From Bdellovibrionota bacterium (lineage in GTDB: Bacteria; Bdellovibrionota; UBA1018; CAIPTA01; JAALKR01): a stretch of DNA of 64,000 nucleotides. Both the position numbers and the translations under genes were made by a program. How positions within the stretch are numbered: position 1 is the first letter of the stretch; each line of letters starts with the position of its first letter. Of this stretch, positions 9,279 through 19,234 are shown one piece after another. The stretch is taken from NCBI GenBank assembly GCA_965207455.1, contig CBDBMJ010000001.1:288001-352000 (forward strand), given 5' to 3'. Below the pieces are notes generated by a model. That model searched no databases. It was not told the DNA's origin and saw nothing but the letters and a program-made list of their open reading frames with translations.

Positions 9279-10670
9279 ATGGGATTTCGTATTTTACTTC
9301 CTGCCCTATGTTTTATTTTTCTTCTTTCCTGTACCAGGGGTGGAGATTTATCCTTAATTTTTCAAAAAGGCCCTGTTTCCTCGCTTCCCAATGGATTAGT
9401 ACTTCATGAGTATGTGCTGAAAAAAAATGACCTTCGTATTCTATTGGTACCCAATGGTGTGGCGCCTGTATTTAGCTATTCCATTCGTGTGAATGTGGGT
9501 TCTAAGGATGAAGCTATGGATCCGAAATCTGGACGCACAGGGCTTGCCCATTTTTTTGAGCACATGATGTTTCGAGGAACCAAGAAGTATGGGGATTTTT
9601 TTAAGCTGACGGCTAAAAATGGATCTGTGGGTGTGAATGCAAACACAAGTAAAGATGCCACAAATTATATTGCTTCGTTGCCAAAAGAGAAGTTGGATTT
9701 TATTTTATCTATTGAATCCGATCGATTCCAGAACCTTCCTATTCATGAAAAATTATTTAAAACAGAGCTGGGTGCTGTACAGTCCGAGAGAGAGTCTGGA
9801 GAGAATTCCCCCAACAGGGTTATTTGGAAGAAACTAGCAGCACTGATGTATTCGGGAAGGAATCCGTATAGACAGACAATTATTGGTACAAAAGGGGATT
9901 TAGATGCATTTACTGTAGAAGATGCGAGACGATTTTTTCGCACCTATTATGTTCCTAATAATATGATTCTTGCCATAGTGGGAGATATTAAGGTGCAGGA
10001 CACGCTTAGATTAATAGAAAAACACTTTAGTTCCATGGAAAGAAAAGATTTACCCAAGACAAAGGGATTTTTTGAGAAAAAACAAAAGAAAGAGTACAAG
10101 AAGACGATTACTCACCATGCTTTGAGTTCTCCTCGGCTAGCGGTTGCTTACAGGACAGTACCAGAAAGTCATAAAGATGCTCCAGCGTTAGCAGTGCTTA
10201 CCTCTCTGTTGGCTTGGGGAAAAAGTTCTCTTTTAGAGCAAAGCATAGTGGAAAAAGGATTAGCAAACACGGTTAGCTCGGGGAGTTATTTGTACGAGTA
10301 CCTTGGAGTATTAGAGCTTTTTGTAGATTTTCTTCCAAGCACGAAAGAAAAGCGTATCAGACGTATCATTGCTCGATCTTTTCAGAAGATAAAAGATGGA
10401 AATATAGAGCCATCACAATTTAGGGCAGCGAAAAACCTCCTTTTGCTAAAAAACTACTATCCTGCCATGAGCGACAATCGACGATTAGCTAATGTGCTTT
10501 TAGATGGCATGCAACTAACAAATGACCCTTTGGGTTTTTTTAAAGAAATGGAAGAGGTAAAAAAAATAACACTTGGGGATGTACAGGCATTGTTGCCCAA
10601 ATATATAAGACCTGAAAATACCTCTATCCTTTTTGCTAAGCCTAAAAATAAAGAAAAGAGGAAAAGATGA
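9279..10670 (+). CDS. M16B zinc peptidase catalytic subunit (lipoprotein)
   Basis: AAGGAGG RBS before ATG 9279, LLSC lipobox, GLAHFFEHMMFRGT, NANTSKD and YYVPNN. Confidence 0.92.
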   Translation: MGFRILLPALCFIFLLSCTRGGDLSLIFQKGPVSSLPNGLVLHEYVLKKNDLRILLVPNGVAPVFSYSIRVNVGSKDEAMDPKSGRTGLAHFFEHMMFRGTKKYGDFFKLTAKNGSVGVNANTSKDATNYIASLPKEKLDFILSIESDRFQNLPIHEKLFKTELGAVQSERESGENSPNRVIWKKLAALMYSGRNPYRQTIIGTKGDLDAFTVEDARRFFRTYYVPNNMILAIVGDIKVQDTLRLIEKHFSSMERKDLPKTKGFFEKKQKKEYKKTITHHALSSPRLAVAYRTVPESHKDAPALAVLTSLLAWGKSSLLEQSIVEKGLANTVSSGSYLYEYLGVLELFVDFLPSTKEKRIRRIIARSFQKIKDGNIEPSQFRAAKNLLLLKNYYPAMSDNRRLANVLLDGMQLTNDPLGFFKEMEEVKKITLGDVQALLPKYIRPENTSILFAKPKNKEKRKR

Positions 10671-12160
10671 TGAGAATTTATATCCTTCTCTGTCTTATTC
10701 TTTCTGTGCCCGCATGGGCAGAAATGAAGCTTGTGGATCGTAGTGGAGGGAAAGGAAATTTTATTTATGAAAAGGATCCCACTTCTTTTATCACTACAGT
10801 TATAGTTAGCGTATCTGCAGGCAGTATGGGTGATACTAAGGGTAGGGAAGGATTAGCTAATCTAAGTTTTGAATCTCTTCTTCGTGGTACACGTAAGTTA
10901 GATCGAAAAGATTTCATTTTTGCCATAGAAGAATTGGGTGCTGATATTTCTGTGAATGTGGGCACCGATAAGGTTATTTTTACATTGAGTGCGATTAGCT
11001 CTAATGTACAGCAGGCAATTTCCCTATTAGGGGATATTTTTTTGGACCGTTTTCTTCGAAAAAATCGATTGAACGAGTTAAAAAAAGAAAAGATAGGTGC
11101 CTTGGGCAACACTAGATATGACTTGCGTAGCATGACAGATCTTGCTTTTAGACTTGCCCTATTTACAAACTCTGCACTGGCCCATCCCTCTGAAGGAACG
11201 ATAAATGGATTAAAATTTATTACACATAAGGAGGTCATATCCTTTCTAAATAAAAATATCGTTCAGCAAAAATTTTTATTTGCAGTTAGTTCTAACATTG
11301 AAAAGCCAAAGGTTAAGAGCTGGATTCAAAAATCATTTGGGAGGATGAAGGTGGGGAAAGGTGAAGGAACGGGACTTAGCTTGTTTCGAGTACAGCCTCA
11401 TATAGCTAAGCTATCTGGTCGTCATGTGGTTATCTTTCCTCAAAAAGAAGGAGGACTTACTCAAATATTTATAGGACACTCATCTGTACCTAGTACATTT
11501 AAGAATGCGCTTAGTTTAAGGGATGTGGGGTCTTTTTCTTTTGGAGGAGGTGCCTCTGGGAGATTGTTTACCGAGTTGCGTGTAAAAAAAGGTTGGACCT
11601 ATGGAGCTTATGCTAGTTTTCGTTTATTTGATCTGCCTCGTTATTATGGGAGTGTCTTTCAAATGTATACTTTTCCGAACAAGGAGTTTACACAAAAGGC
11701 TCTTTTTAAGACGATAGACTTATACGAGAACTATGTGAATAAAGGTATAACAAAGGAAGAAAAGAAATTTGCTATAAACTTCAGGTATAATTCCTATGCT
11801 TTTATTTTTGAAAAGGCAACCACACGAATTTTGAAAAGATTATACCAGGCCTTAGAGGGCGCACCGTTTTTGTCTGTAGAGGAGTATCGTGCTAAGCTCA
11901 AGGCTGTTAATATGAGCCGCCTAAATTCCATGATTAAGACAGGCACCTATGTTGTTGCTGGTAGTGGCAATAAAGAAGAGCGCAGAAAAATTCATGATCC
12001 CCATAATATGATTATAGCCTTGGGTGGAGATCTGAAATTGCTGGAACCGATAGCTAAGAAAATCCCTGGTGTGGTGAGCATTAAAATTATACGAAATCCT
12101 ATTCTTCAGGTGCCACCGGTAGTGGAAAATGTGGCAATACCTTTAAAGGTAAAAAAATAA
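10667..12160 (+). CDS. M16B peptidase non-catalytic partner subunit (secreted)
   Basis: Paralog of 7590-9092 with a signal peptide and RLFTELRVKKGWTYGAY. Confidence 0.88.
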   Translation: MMRIYILLCLILSVPAWAEMKLVDRSGGKGNFIYEKDPTSFITTVIVSVSAGSMGDTKGREGLANLSFESLLRGTRKLDRKDFIFAIEELGADISVNVGTDKVIFTLSAISSNVQQAISLLGDIFLDRFLRKNRLNELKKEKIGALGNTRYDLRSMTDLAFRLALFTNSALAHPSEGTINGLKFITHKEVISFLNKNIVQQKFLFAVSSNIEKPKVKSWIQKSFGRMKVGKGEGTGLSLFRVQPHIAKLSGRHVVIFPQKEGGLTQIFIGHSSVPSTFKNALSLRDVGSFSFGGGASGRLFTELRVKKGWTYGAYASFRLFDLPRYYGSVFQMYTFPNKEFTQKALFKTIDLYENYVNKGITKEEKKFAINFRYNSYAFIFEKATTRILKRLYQALEGAPFLSVEEYRAKLKAVNMSRLNSMIKTGTYVVAGSGNKEERRKIHDPHNMIIALGGDLKLLEPIAKKIPGVVSIKIIRNPILQVPPVVENVAIPLKVKK

Positions 12161-12166
12161 AGAAAT

Positions 12167-12673
12167 TTAATTCTTCTGGATTTCAAAAAGTGCTTTTGTG
12201 AGTGTGGACTCCACTTCTTTTTCTGTTTTGCTGTTAGCAATAGAGATTTCTTTTACTAAAAGGCTTTTTGCTGTATCCAACATTTTTTTCTCACCAAAGC
12301 TGAGATCTTTGGAGTTTTTTAAGAGAAAAAGATTGCGAAGAACTTCTGCAATTTCCACCACGGATCCTGTTTTAATTTTATCCATGTACTCCCGGTAGCG
12401 TCGGTTCCATGTGGTGCGATCAATTTTCACATCCTTTTGAGCAAGCACTTCAAATACTGCGTCCACATCTTTTTCTGCAGCTAAGGCACGCAAGCCCACT
12501 CCAGATATATTATCTGTGGGAACCATAATGCTCATGCCGTTTTCCAGCACCTGGAGCACATAAAATTTTTTCTTTTTTCCAAAGATGTGCTTTTCTTCAA
12601 TGCGCTTAATTACGCCTACGCCGTGAGCGGGGTATACAACATTATCTCCTACTTTAAATTCTAGTGTTTCCAT
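12167..12673 (-). CDS. carD: CarD-family RNA polymerase-binding regulator
   Basis: Motifs FKVGDNVVYPAHGVGVI, TWNRRYREYMDKIKTG and LSFGEKKML. Confidence 0.95.
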   Translation of the reverse strand: METLEFKVGDNVVYPAHGVGVIKRIEEKHIFGKKKKFYVLQVLENGMSIMVPTDNISGVGLRALAAEKDVDAVFEVLAQKDVKIDRTTWNRRYREYMDKIKTGSVVEIAEVLRNLFLLKNSKDLSFGEKKMLDTAKSLLVKEISIANSKTEKEVESTLTKALFEIQKN

Positions 12674-12742
12674 ATTGAATCAGTACCTAACCTTTCAGTC
12701 CTCATGGTGTTTTTTCTAACCATAAATTAAGAGCAACGATGA

Positions 12743-12771
12743 ACACTAACACGCGGCATTAGCCTTGTCAA
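12743..12771 (-). promoter_or_regulatory. sigma70 promoter of carD
   Basis: Minus strand TTGACA-17 bp-TAGTGT with an extended -10 TG. Confidence 0.65.
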
Positions 12772-12969
12772 GGGAATGAAGATGAAACTATAAAAATGCA
12801 GTGAAATGGCCTAAGAGAGAGGAATATTAACCGACAAAAATACTTTTATCCAGATATTTCCCCAAAGAACTTCCTACTAGCTTTAGATTTTTGAGAATCT
12901 GGGATTTCTATGGACTTTTTCTACAGCGATAGGGATAGAATTCAGTTAAACTGAAACTAGGTTTTTTGA

Positions 12970-14064
12970 ATGAAGTATCTTCAGTATGCCCTATATGTTG
13001 CGCTCCTTTGCGCAGGACTTCTATTTGCGGGTTGGAACTGGCTCGCCAGCTTGAAGGGAGAGGGAGCAAAGGAGATTATCCTCTTAGTCGAGCGGAGTGA
13101 TAATTTTAATCGTATTGCGGCCTCTCTGGATAAAGAGGGCTTAATCCATAGCGAACGCTCTTTTCGTTGGTATGTTCGTCTAAGGGGCGTTTCTCGAAGC
13201 CTCAAGCTAGGGGAGTATCAAGTTCGTTCCACTATGACTCTTGAGGAAGTGGTCAATACCCTAATCTCTGGAAAGTCTATTCTGTATAGGCTGGTGGTTC
13301 CAGAGGGGCATAATAAGTTTCAGATTGCTAGTCAAGTGGAGGAGAAAAAGCTGGGCAGTCGTAAGCGCTTTTTGGAACTTGTGGAATCTTCTGATTTTAT
13401 TCGGCAAATGCATCTTCCCAACCTAGAAGATGGTTTTTTGCCGTCCAGTTTAGAGGGGTATCTGTATCCCGATACCTATATGTTGAGCAAAGCCATGAAG
13501 GAAGAAGATATTATTCAGCAAATGGTTAAGCGTTTTAAAAATGTCTATCGTTCTTTAGCCAGTGATTTCTCCAATAGCGTGAGTGTGAAACGCAATAATC
13601 TTAAACCTCGTGATGTTATTACTCTTGCCAGTATGGTGGAAAAAGAAACGGGGGCAGGATTTGAACGCCCCCTGATTGCCAGTGTTTTTTATAACCGATT
13701 ACAAAAAAGAATGCGCCTAGAAAGCGATCCCACCACTATTTACGGTATGTGGGACAAAGACGGATTTTTTAAAGGAAATATTCGGCGTAAAAATCTTAGA
13801 GAGTCAACACCCTATAATACCTATACAGTTCCCCGTTTACCGAAAGGGCCTATTGCCAATCCTGGTAGGAATGCTATTCTTGCTGTTCTTTACCCTGCTA
13901 AAAATGATTATTTATTTTTTGTTTCTAAAAATGACGGAACCCATGTTTTTACTAAAAACTATAGGGAACATAAGAAAGCAGTGAACAGGCTCCAGAGAAG
14001 ACCACGAATGCGGAGAGGAAAGAGTTGGAGAAATTTACCTAAAAAACTTCGCGCAAAGAATTAA
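12970..14064 (+). CDS. mltG: Endolytic murein transglycosylase (YceG family)
   Basis: N-terminal TM, LEGYLYPDTY, LASMVEKET, VFYNRL..MRLESDPT, PYNTY and GPIANPG. Confidence 0.95.
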   Translation: MKYLQYALYVALLCAGLLFAGWNWLASLKGEGAKEIILLVERSDNFNRIAASLDKEGLIHSERSFRWYVRLRGVSRSLKLGEYQVRSTMTLEEVVNTLISGKSILYRLVVPEGHNKFQIASQVEEKKLGSRKRFLELVESSDFIRQMHLPNLEDGFLPSSLEGYLYPDTYMLSKAMKEEDIIQQMVKRFKNVYRSLASDFSNSVSVKRNNLKPRDVITLASMVEKETGAGFERPLIASVFYNRLQKRMRLESDPTTIYGMWDKDGFFKGNIRRKNLRESTPYNTYTVPRLPKGPIANPGRNAILAVLYPAKNDYLFFVSKNDGTHVFTKNYREHKKAVNRLQRRPRMRRGKSWRNLPKKLRAKN

Positions 14065-14125
14065 TAAACGGAAAGTTTATTTAATTATGTGTTTTTTCCT
14101 GTTAGTTAAGTTGTATTATTTTTTC

Positions 14126-14152
14126 TAATGTTTATTACTCCCATTCCGAAAT
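14126..14152 (+). promoter_or_regulatory. sigma28 (FliA) promoter of flagellin
   Basis: TAAT-N15-TCCGAAAT versus consensus TAAA-N15-GCCGATAA, upstream of flagellin. Confidence 0.6.
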
Positions 14153-14159
14153 AGAAAGT

Positions 14160-14295
14160 AACTGCAATGGATGGCATGGTTCAAGGCAGTGATGGATTAT
14201 CTGAATGGATAATGTATCCGAACCAGGGTGAGCAAGGTGGCGAACTCTAAACGCTAGGGAAGGTTGGTGATAGATAAAAACAAGGAGGAGTCTCA
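14160..14295 (+). promoter_or_regulatory. Flagellin 5' UTR with multiple putative CsrA sites
   Basis: ANGGA at 14167, 14192, 14205, 14256 and 14282 (the last in the RBS), with hairpin potential. Confidence 0.55.
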
Positions 14296-15132
14296 ATGGG
14301 ACTAAGAATAAATACAAACATTGCTGCGATAAAAGCGCAGCGGGCGTTAAAAGAATCCACGCATAATCAGGGGAAAGTCTTGGAAAAATTATCCAGTGGA
14401 TTGCGGATCAATCGATCTGGCGATGATGCTGCTGGACTGGCAATATCAGAAAAACTAAAGGCAAATATTCGTAGTTTAGTGCAAGCTAGGCGGAATGCGA
14501 ATGACGGTATATCATTGATACAAACCGCAGAGGGTGGTTTGACTGAGGTGAGTAATATTTTAATTCGATTAAGAGAATTAAGTGTGCAATCTGCCTCAGA
14601 TACAATCGGAAATGAAGAGCGTCGTTATACTAATTTAGAGTTTCAAGCTCTAAAGGATGAAGTTAGTCGTATAGCAGATGTTACAAGTTTCAATGGCGTA
14701 CCACTATTGAATGGGAGTTTAGATAGTCCCATTGAAATTCAAGTGGGTGTTGGTAATAATAAAATCAATGATAGGTTGCAGTATAGGGTTTCCGAACAAA
14801 CGGCAACAGCAGAAAATCTGGGTATATCTGGATTGGATGTTTTAACTAAAGGTGAAGCACAAGGGGGTCTTGTGACTTTAGATGAAGCGATTCAGAAAGT
14901 TAGTGGACAACGGGCTAACCTGGGAGCATTGCAGAATCGTTTGGGAACCACAATTTCCAATCTATCTGTTCAGAGAGAGAACCTTATTGCAGCTAAATCG
15001 AGAATTTCTGATGCAGATTTTGCGGCTCAGAGTTCTGAATTAACAAAACAAAGCATTTTAAATCAAGCGGGTGTTTCTGTTCTATTGCAGGCGAATAGTA
15101 GTCAGCGTAATGCTTTAAAACTAATCTCGTAA
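14296..15132 (+). CDS. fliC: Flagellin (short, 278 aa)
   Basis: Motifs LRINTNIAA, LSSGLRIN, DDAAGLAISE, LGALQNRL and SRISDADFA. Confidence 0.96.
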   Translation: MGLRINTNIAAIKAQRALKESTHNQGKVLEKLSSGLRINRSGDDAAGLAISEKLKANIRSLVQARRNANDGISLIQTAEGGLTEVSNILIRLRELSVQSASDTIGNEERRYTNLEFQALKDEVSRIADVTSFNGVPLLNGSLDSPIEIQVGVGNNKINDRLQYRVSEQTATAENLGISGLDVLTKGEAQGGLVTLDEAIQKVSGQRANLGALQNRLGTTISNLSVQRENLIAAKSRISDADFAAQSSELTKQSILNQAGVSVLLQANSSQRNALKLIS

Positions 15133-15153
15133 GCCAATAATTTCAGGCGTATG

Positions 15154-15190
15154 AAAAGTGGCTATCTGTTCTTTACGGGTAGTCACTTTT
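15154..15190 (+). terminator. Intrinsic terminator after flagellin
   Basis: Stem AAAAGTGGCTATCTG / CGGGTAGTCACTTTT (with G-U pairs) followed by a T-rich tail. Confidence 0.75.
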
Positions 15191-15368
15191 ATTACTTTAT
15201 TTTACGGATCTACCGTAACTGATTTGTAAATTACTGTTATCAAAGGTATTTCTAATTTTTTTGCAATTTGACTCAAGAGATTTTTTGGATTTTATATATT
15301 TACTTGATAAAAATAATAATGTATGATATTGCGTTGGATTGAAGAATTGAGAAAAGAAAGGGGAAAAA

Positions 15369-16961
15369 ATGACATCAAAACAGCTTTCCATACTATCTGC
15401 TCTACTGTTGGTAGGGCTTATTTTTAGTTTTTCTGAAAGCGCAGAGGCAAAAAAAATAGTATTTAAAGGAAATGCTCGCAATAAAGATAAGCAAGCAGCT
15501 CTTCTAAATGGAACTAGTCAGATAAAAATAAAACATGCAGCTGAATACTATTATGAAAAAATAATTAAACTTGCTTCTGCATTTTATCGTTATCCTAATG
15601 CATTAATAAAATCCATTTATTTTCAGCGTAAAATTCGAAAAATAGTGAAAAATAATCCTGAATTTTTAGAAACGAATGATAATAATGCTAATAAAATTTT
15701 TAAAGAACTCCGCAGAACATTATTTGTAAATTTTAGAAAACCTTATAATCATTTTAAGAAAATCTATGAATCTGGAAAGATTACTGGAAACAACAAATAT
15801 ATTTCGATAGATTTATTTAAAGCAAGTGAACATGGAGGGAGTTTTTCATTGTATGGAAAGGTTGTTGAAGTAGATAAGGAAAAATTAGTTGTTTTAGTTC
15901 ATTTAAGTTATTTATTTTCTGCAAAAGATTTAATGAGTCTTGGTAAAATTACTAAGGATTTTAAGTATCGCGTACTTATAACAATGAAATCTACTGCGGA
16001 AAATATTTCCCGTATTTATGTGAGTAAGGAATCCAAAGAACATTTCCAATCTTATGATAATGCTCGAAAAGCTTTACGAGCTGGAAAGATTACTACTGGA
16101 GACAATAAATATATCACCATAGATGGGCTCAATGGTGAAAAGCTATATGGAGAAGTTATTGATAGAGATGGGGAGAGCTTGCTTATTTCAACGACTCTTA
16201 ATGAATATAACCCAAACTTTAAAAATAGCGCACTTATAAGATTGGAACTTACTGAAGAAAATATTTCTCGCATTAGATTGAGTAAAAAAACAAAACTTAT
16301 GCTCGAGCCTTATACTAAACTTCAGAAAATCTATAAGTCTGGAAAGGAGATTAACGGCATTATTGTCTCTTTTAACCTATCATTTTTTCCTTATACAGGA
16401 ATGTATAATTTTGGGAAGCTTTTTAAACTACCCAGTGGAAAGTTGAAATTAGTGACAATTTCTGGTCAGGAATTCCTACTGCATCCGGGACTTCTTAAAT
16501 TTAATATTTTTAGGTTTTCAGAGAGCAATGTATACAAAGATAAGCTATTTTTATTAGATAATTATTATGAAAGAGAGAAAACAGCAGGGTCCTACCTGTA
16601 CGGCTCTACTGATAACTTCCAAAAAGACTATGATGCTGGAACAGTAATTAAAACTAAAAATAAATCTAAAGAGTATGGAATTGATCCAGAACGAATGAAT
16701 AGAGTCTCTATTCAGCTAATAAATAAAGTGGAACCTTTTGATGTTGAACTTAAAATTCCACTACTACCTACTGAATTTAGAACTATGCTTCAGTTAACAG
16801 AGGATAATGGTTTTCGGCTTGCAGAAGTGGAGAAATTAGAAAATGGTACTTTGACAGTAAAACTGCATCATAGTAATGAAAGGGTGGAGTTTACCAAGGA
16901 AAATATTCATCTTATTTCTCGCCATGTTTGGCACCCAGATGTCTATATGATACAAGATTGA
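15369..16961 (+). CDS. Secreted hypothetical protein with internal repeats
   Basis: 530-aa AT-rich ORF with a signal peptide (AEA) and repeated Y..GKIT / LYG.V / ENISRI segments. Confidence 0.75.
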   Translation: MTSKQLSILSALLLVGLIFSFSESAEAKKIVFKGNARNKDKQAALLNGTSQIKIKHAAEYYYEKIIKLASAFYRYPNALIKSIYFQRKIRKIVKNNPEFLETNDNNANKIFKELRRTLFVNFRKPYNHFKKIYESGKITGNNKYISIDLFKASEHGGSFSLYGKVVEVDKEKLVVLVHLSYLFSAKDLMSLGKITKDFKYRVLITMKSTAENISRIYVSKESKEHFQSYDNARKALRAGKITTGDNKYITIDGLNGEKLYGEVIDRDGESLLISTTLNEYNPNFKNSALIRLELTEENISRIRLSKKTKLMLEPYTKLQKIYKSGKEINGIIVSFNLSFFPYTGMYNFGKLFKLPSGKLKLVTISGQEFLLHPGLLKFNIFRFSESNVYKDKLFLLDNYYEREKTAGSYLYGSTDNFQKDYDAGTVIKTKNKSKEYGIDPERMNRVSIQLINKVEPFDVELKIPLLPTEFRTMLQLTEDNGFRLAEVEKLENGTLTVKLHHSNERVEFTKENIHLISRHVWHPDVYMIQD

Positions 16962-17007
16962 GCATGCAGGTTTTCTGCGACTAAATGGTTTTCTTTGATC
17001 TGTTGGT

Positions 17008-18069
17008 TTAGCTAGCTACCCCTTTTTTTTGGAAAAAAACCGTATGATTTTCTTGAGAGGGAAGTATGGATAGTATAACTTCTAGGTAGCAGGGCTCTAG
17101 TTCTTGTAGTTGACCCTTCCAGCGAATAAAATCTTTTTCCGTGGTTATAATTCTAGCGTTTAGGGATTGCATTTCTTTTTTTATCTTCCTTATATCCTTT
17201 GTTTTTAATCGGTAGTGATCGGGAAAGGAAAGGTGTTTTCTTATGGTCATGCCTTGCTTTTGAATCATTTTCACCACACTGTTGGGATTGCCCACGCCTG
17301 TAAGTAATAAAAGTGAGGCATCTATGTTTTTCATATCTATTGCTCTGCCCATGCTGTCTTTCCAAATTTTGTGTTGAAATTCAGCAAAGAAAAATGGAGG
17401 AGGGTGGTTGGGAGCGCTCTCCTTCCATGGAAAAGTTTGTGTATGGGGAGAGGTTAGGAGTTTTTCCACAATCTTAACTTGGTCTTGGAGTTTTTGAGGG
17501 GAAACCTCGTTGGTGCGGGTAAATACAATGGCGTCAGCTCGCTTGAGAGCCTCTAGGGGCTCTCGAAAAAGCCCTAGAGGAAGAAGGTGTGCTGGGGATA
17601 GGTTACGGGTGCTGTCTATGGTTACAACGTCGTGATCCCTCTTTACAGACCAGTGCTGAAAGGCATCGTCTAGGATAATTAGGCTGCAATCGAGCCTGGA
17701 CCAGTGTTTTTTTGCCATCTTTGCACGTTTAGCATGTACCAATAGGGTGCACTCCGGGAAATGGGACTTTATAAGGTGGGGTTCATCTCCCACTATGTGG
17801 GCTGAGGGAAGTGGTGCATGGGGAGGGACGATTACCATTTTTTTTTCTTTTCTCCCATAGCCTCGACTTAAAATGAGCGGTCTATGACCAGCCTTTAGAG
17901 CTTCTTTGATTAAATAACAAACTAGGGGAGTTTTTCCCGTTCCGCCAGCTAAGATATTTCCCACGCTGGTGACAGGAACGGGGAAATGTGTAATCGCATA
18001 GCATTTATTTTTATATAGGTATTTTCTGATCCATAGAAAGAAGGAGTATATTTTGGAGAGGATTAGCAT
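17008..18069 (-). CDS. lpxK: Tetraacyldisaccharide 4'-kinase
   Basis: Motifs SVGNILAGGTGKTP, LSRGYGR, GDEP, ILDDAFQH, LLPLGLFRE, FPDH and TTEKD. Start adjusted to ATG 18069. Confidence 0.94.
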   Translation of the reverse strand: MLILSKIYSFFLWIRKYLYKNKCYAITHFPVPVTSVGNILAGGTGKTPLVCYLIKEALKAGHRPLILSRGYGRKEKKMVIVPPHAPLPSAHIVGDEPHLIKSHFPECTLLVHAKRAKMAKKHWSRLDCSLIILDDAFQHWSVKRDHDVVTIDSTRNLSPAHLLPLGLFREPLEALKRADAIVFTRTNEVSPQKLQDQVKIVEKLLTSPHTQTFPWKESAPNHPPPFFFAEFQHKIWKDSMGRAIDMKNIDASLLLLTGVGNPNSVVKMIQKQGMTIRKHLSFPDHYRLKTKDIRKIKKEMQSLNARIITTEKDFIRWKGQLQELEPCYLEVILSILPSQENHTVFFQKKGVAS

Positions 18070-19232
18070 TTTTGGTAAGGTAGAATATGCTCCACCACAT
18101 TGTTTATGGGAGAAGCATTTGTGGCTGTGGATAAAATAGTTCGGGTGGCTTGGAGGAAATTGACCTGTGCTTGCCAAGCCTGGGGATTTTCTAAAAGGTT
18201 TATTGCTTCACTTGTTATTTTTTTAGGGTTCATGTTGTTCTGTACTAATTCGGGCACAACGCACTTACCAGTTTCAAAGCCGCCGTTAATGAGATTGGCA
18301 AGAGCTAAGGGTTTATCGTAGTTGGTAATACAACGAATAAGAAATTCACTGATGGCACTGATTTGGTAGATCATAATCATGGGAGTTCCCACCACAGCAG
18401 CCTCTAGGGTTGCTGTGCCCGAGGCAATAATAGCGAGCTTAGAATGGAAAAGTACCTCGTGGGAAGGTATTTCTTTTATGGAAAGGCAGTTACTTAGTTG
18501 GGATAATTCCTTAGCGAGGGGGCCTTTGAGGGATAGTAAGTGCAGGGCTTGGGGATTTTTTCTTAGAGTGGGAGCCAGTGGGAGTACAAAATAGAGTTTG
18601 GGATTTTTTTTATAGAGTGCGAGGGCGGTTTTTAGCATGCTGGGAAGTAGGGAATTTAGTTCCATAAAGCGACTTCCCGGCAGTAGGGCAATTTGATTTT
18701 CCTTAGGGGTATAGGGAGCGTTGGGAATCTCTTCAATAATAGGGTTTCCCACATAGCTTACGTTTGAGTAGTGGGGAGCATTCTCCCTGTACCAGTCTTT
18801 TTCAAAAGGGAATATGCATAGTAGTTGGTCGATATATTTCGCTATTTTATGGATGCGGTTTTTTCTCCAAATCCAAACCTTTGGGGAGATATAGTATAGA
18901 ATGGGAAGATTTTGAGCTTTTAATCTGGGAGCGAGGCGCAGGTTAAAGTCAGGCATGTCACATAGGAGCGCAAGATCGGGTTTTTCTTTTTTCGCAAAAG
19001 ATTCCAGTTTATTTAGTATGGAAAAAGCTCGGGGGATTTTTCGTATGGATTCTGTGAATCCCACAACAGCCATATCTTCGGCCTGGGCAATGGTATGTAG
19101 GCCAAGCGCACGAAGGTGGCTTCCCCCCACACCAAAAATACTAAGCTCAGGAATTTTTATTTTGAGTTGCTTTATAATAAGAGAGAGGTGGAGGTCTGAA
19201 GACGCTTCTCCTGCAACAACTAAGAGTTTCAT
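18063..19232 (-). CDS. lpxB: Lipid A disaccharide synthase
   Basis: Motifs AGEASSD, DMPDFN, YISPKVW, FPFE, LLPGSR and ASGTATLE. Confidence 0.95.
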   Translation of the reverse strand: MKLLVVAGEASSDLHLSLIIKQLKIKIPELSIFGVGGSHLRALGLHTIAQAEDMAVVGFTESIRKIPRAFSILNKLESFAKKEKPDLALLCDMPDFNLRLAPRLKAQNLPILYYISPKVWIWRKNRIHKIAKYIDQLLCIFPFEKDWYRENAPHYSNVSYVGNPIIEEIPNAPYTPKENQIALLPGSRFMELNSLLPSMLKTALALYKKNPKLYFVLPLAPTLRKNPQALHLLSLKGPLAKELSQLSNCLSIKEIPSHEVLFHSKLAIIASGTATLEAAVVGTPMIMIYQISAISEFLIRCITNYDKPLALANLINGGFETGKCVVPELVQNNMNPKKITSEAINLLENPQAWQAQVNFLQATRTILSTATNASPINNVVEHILPYQKC

Positions 19233-19234
19233 GT

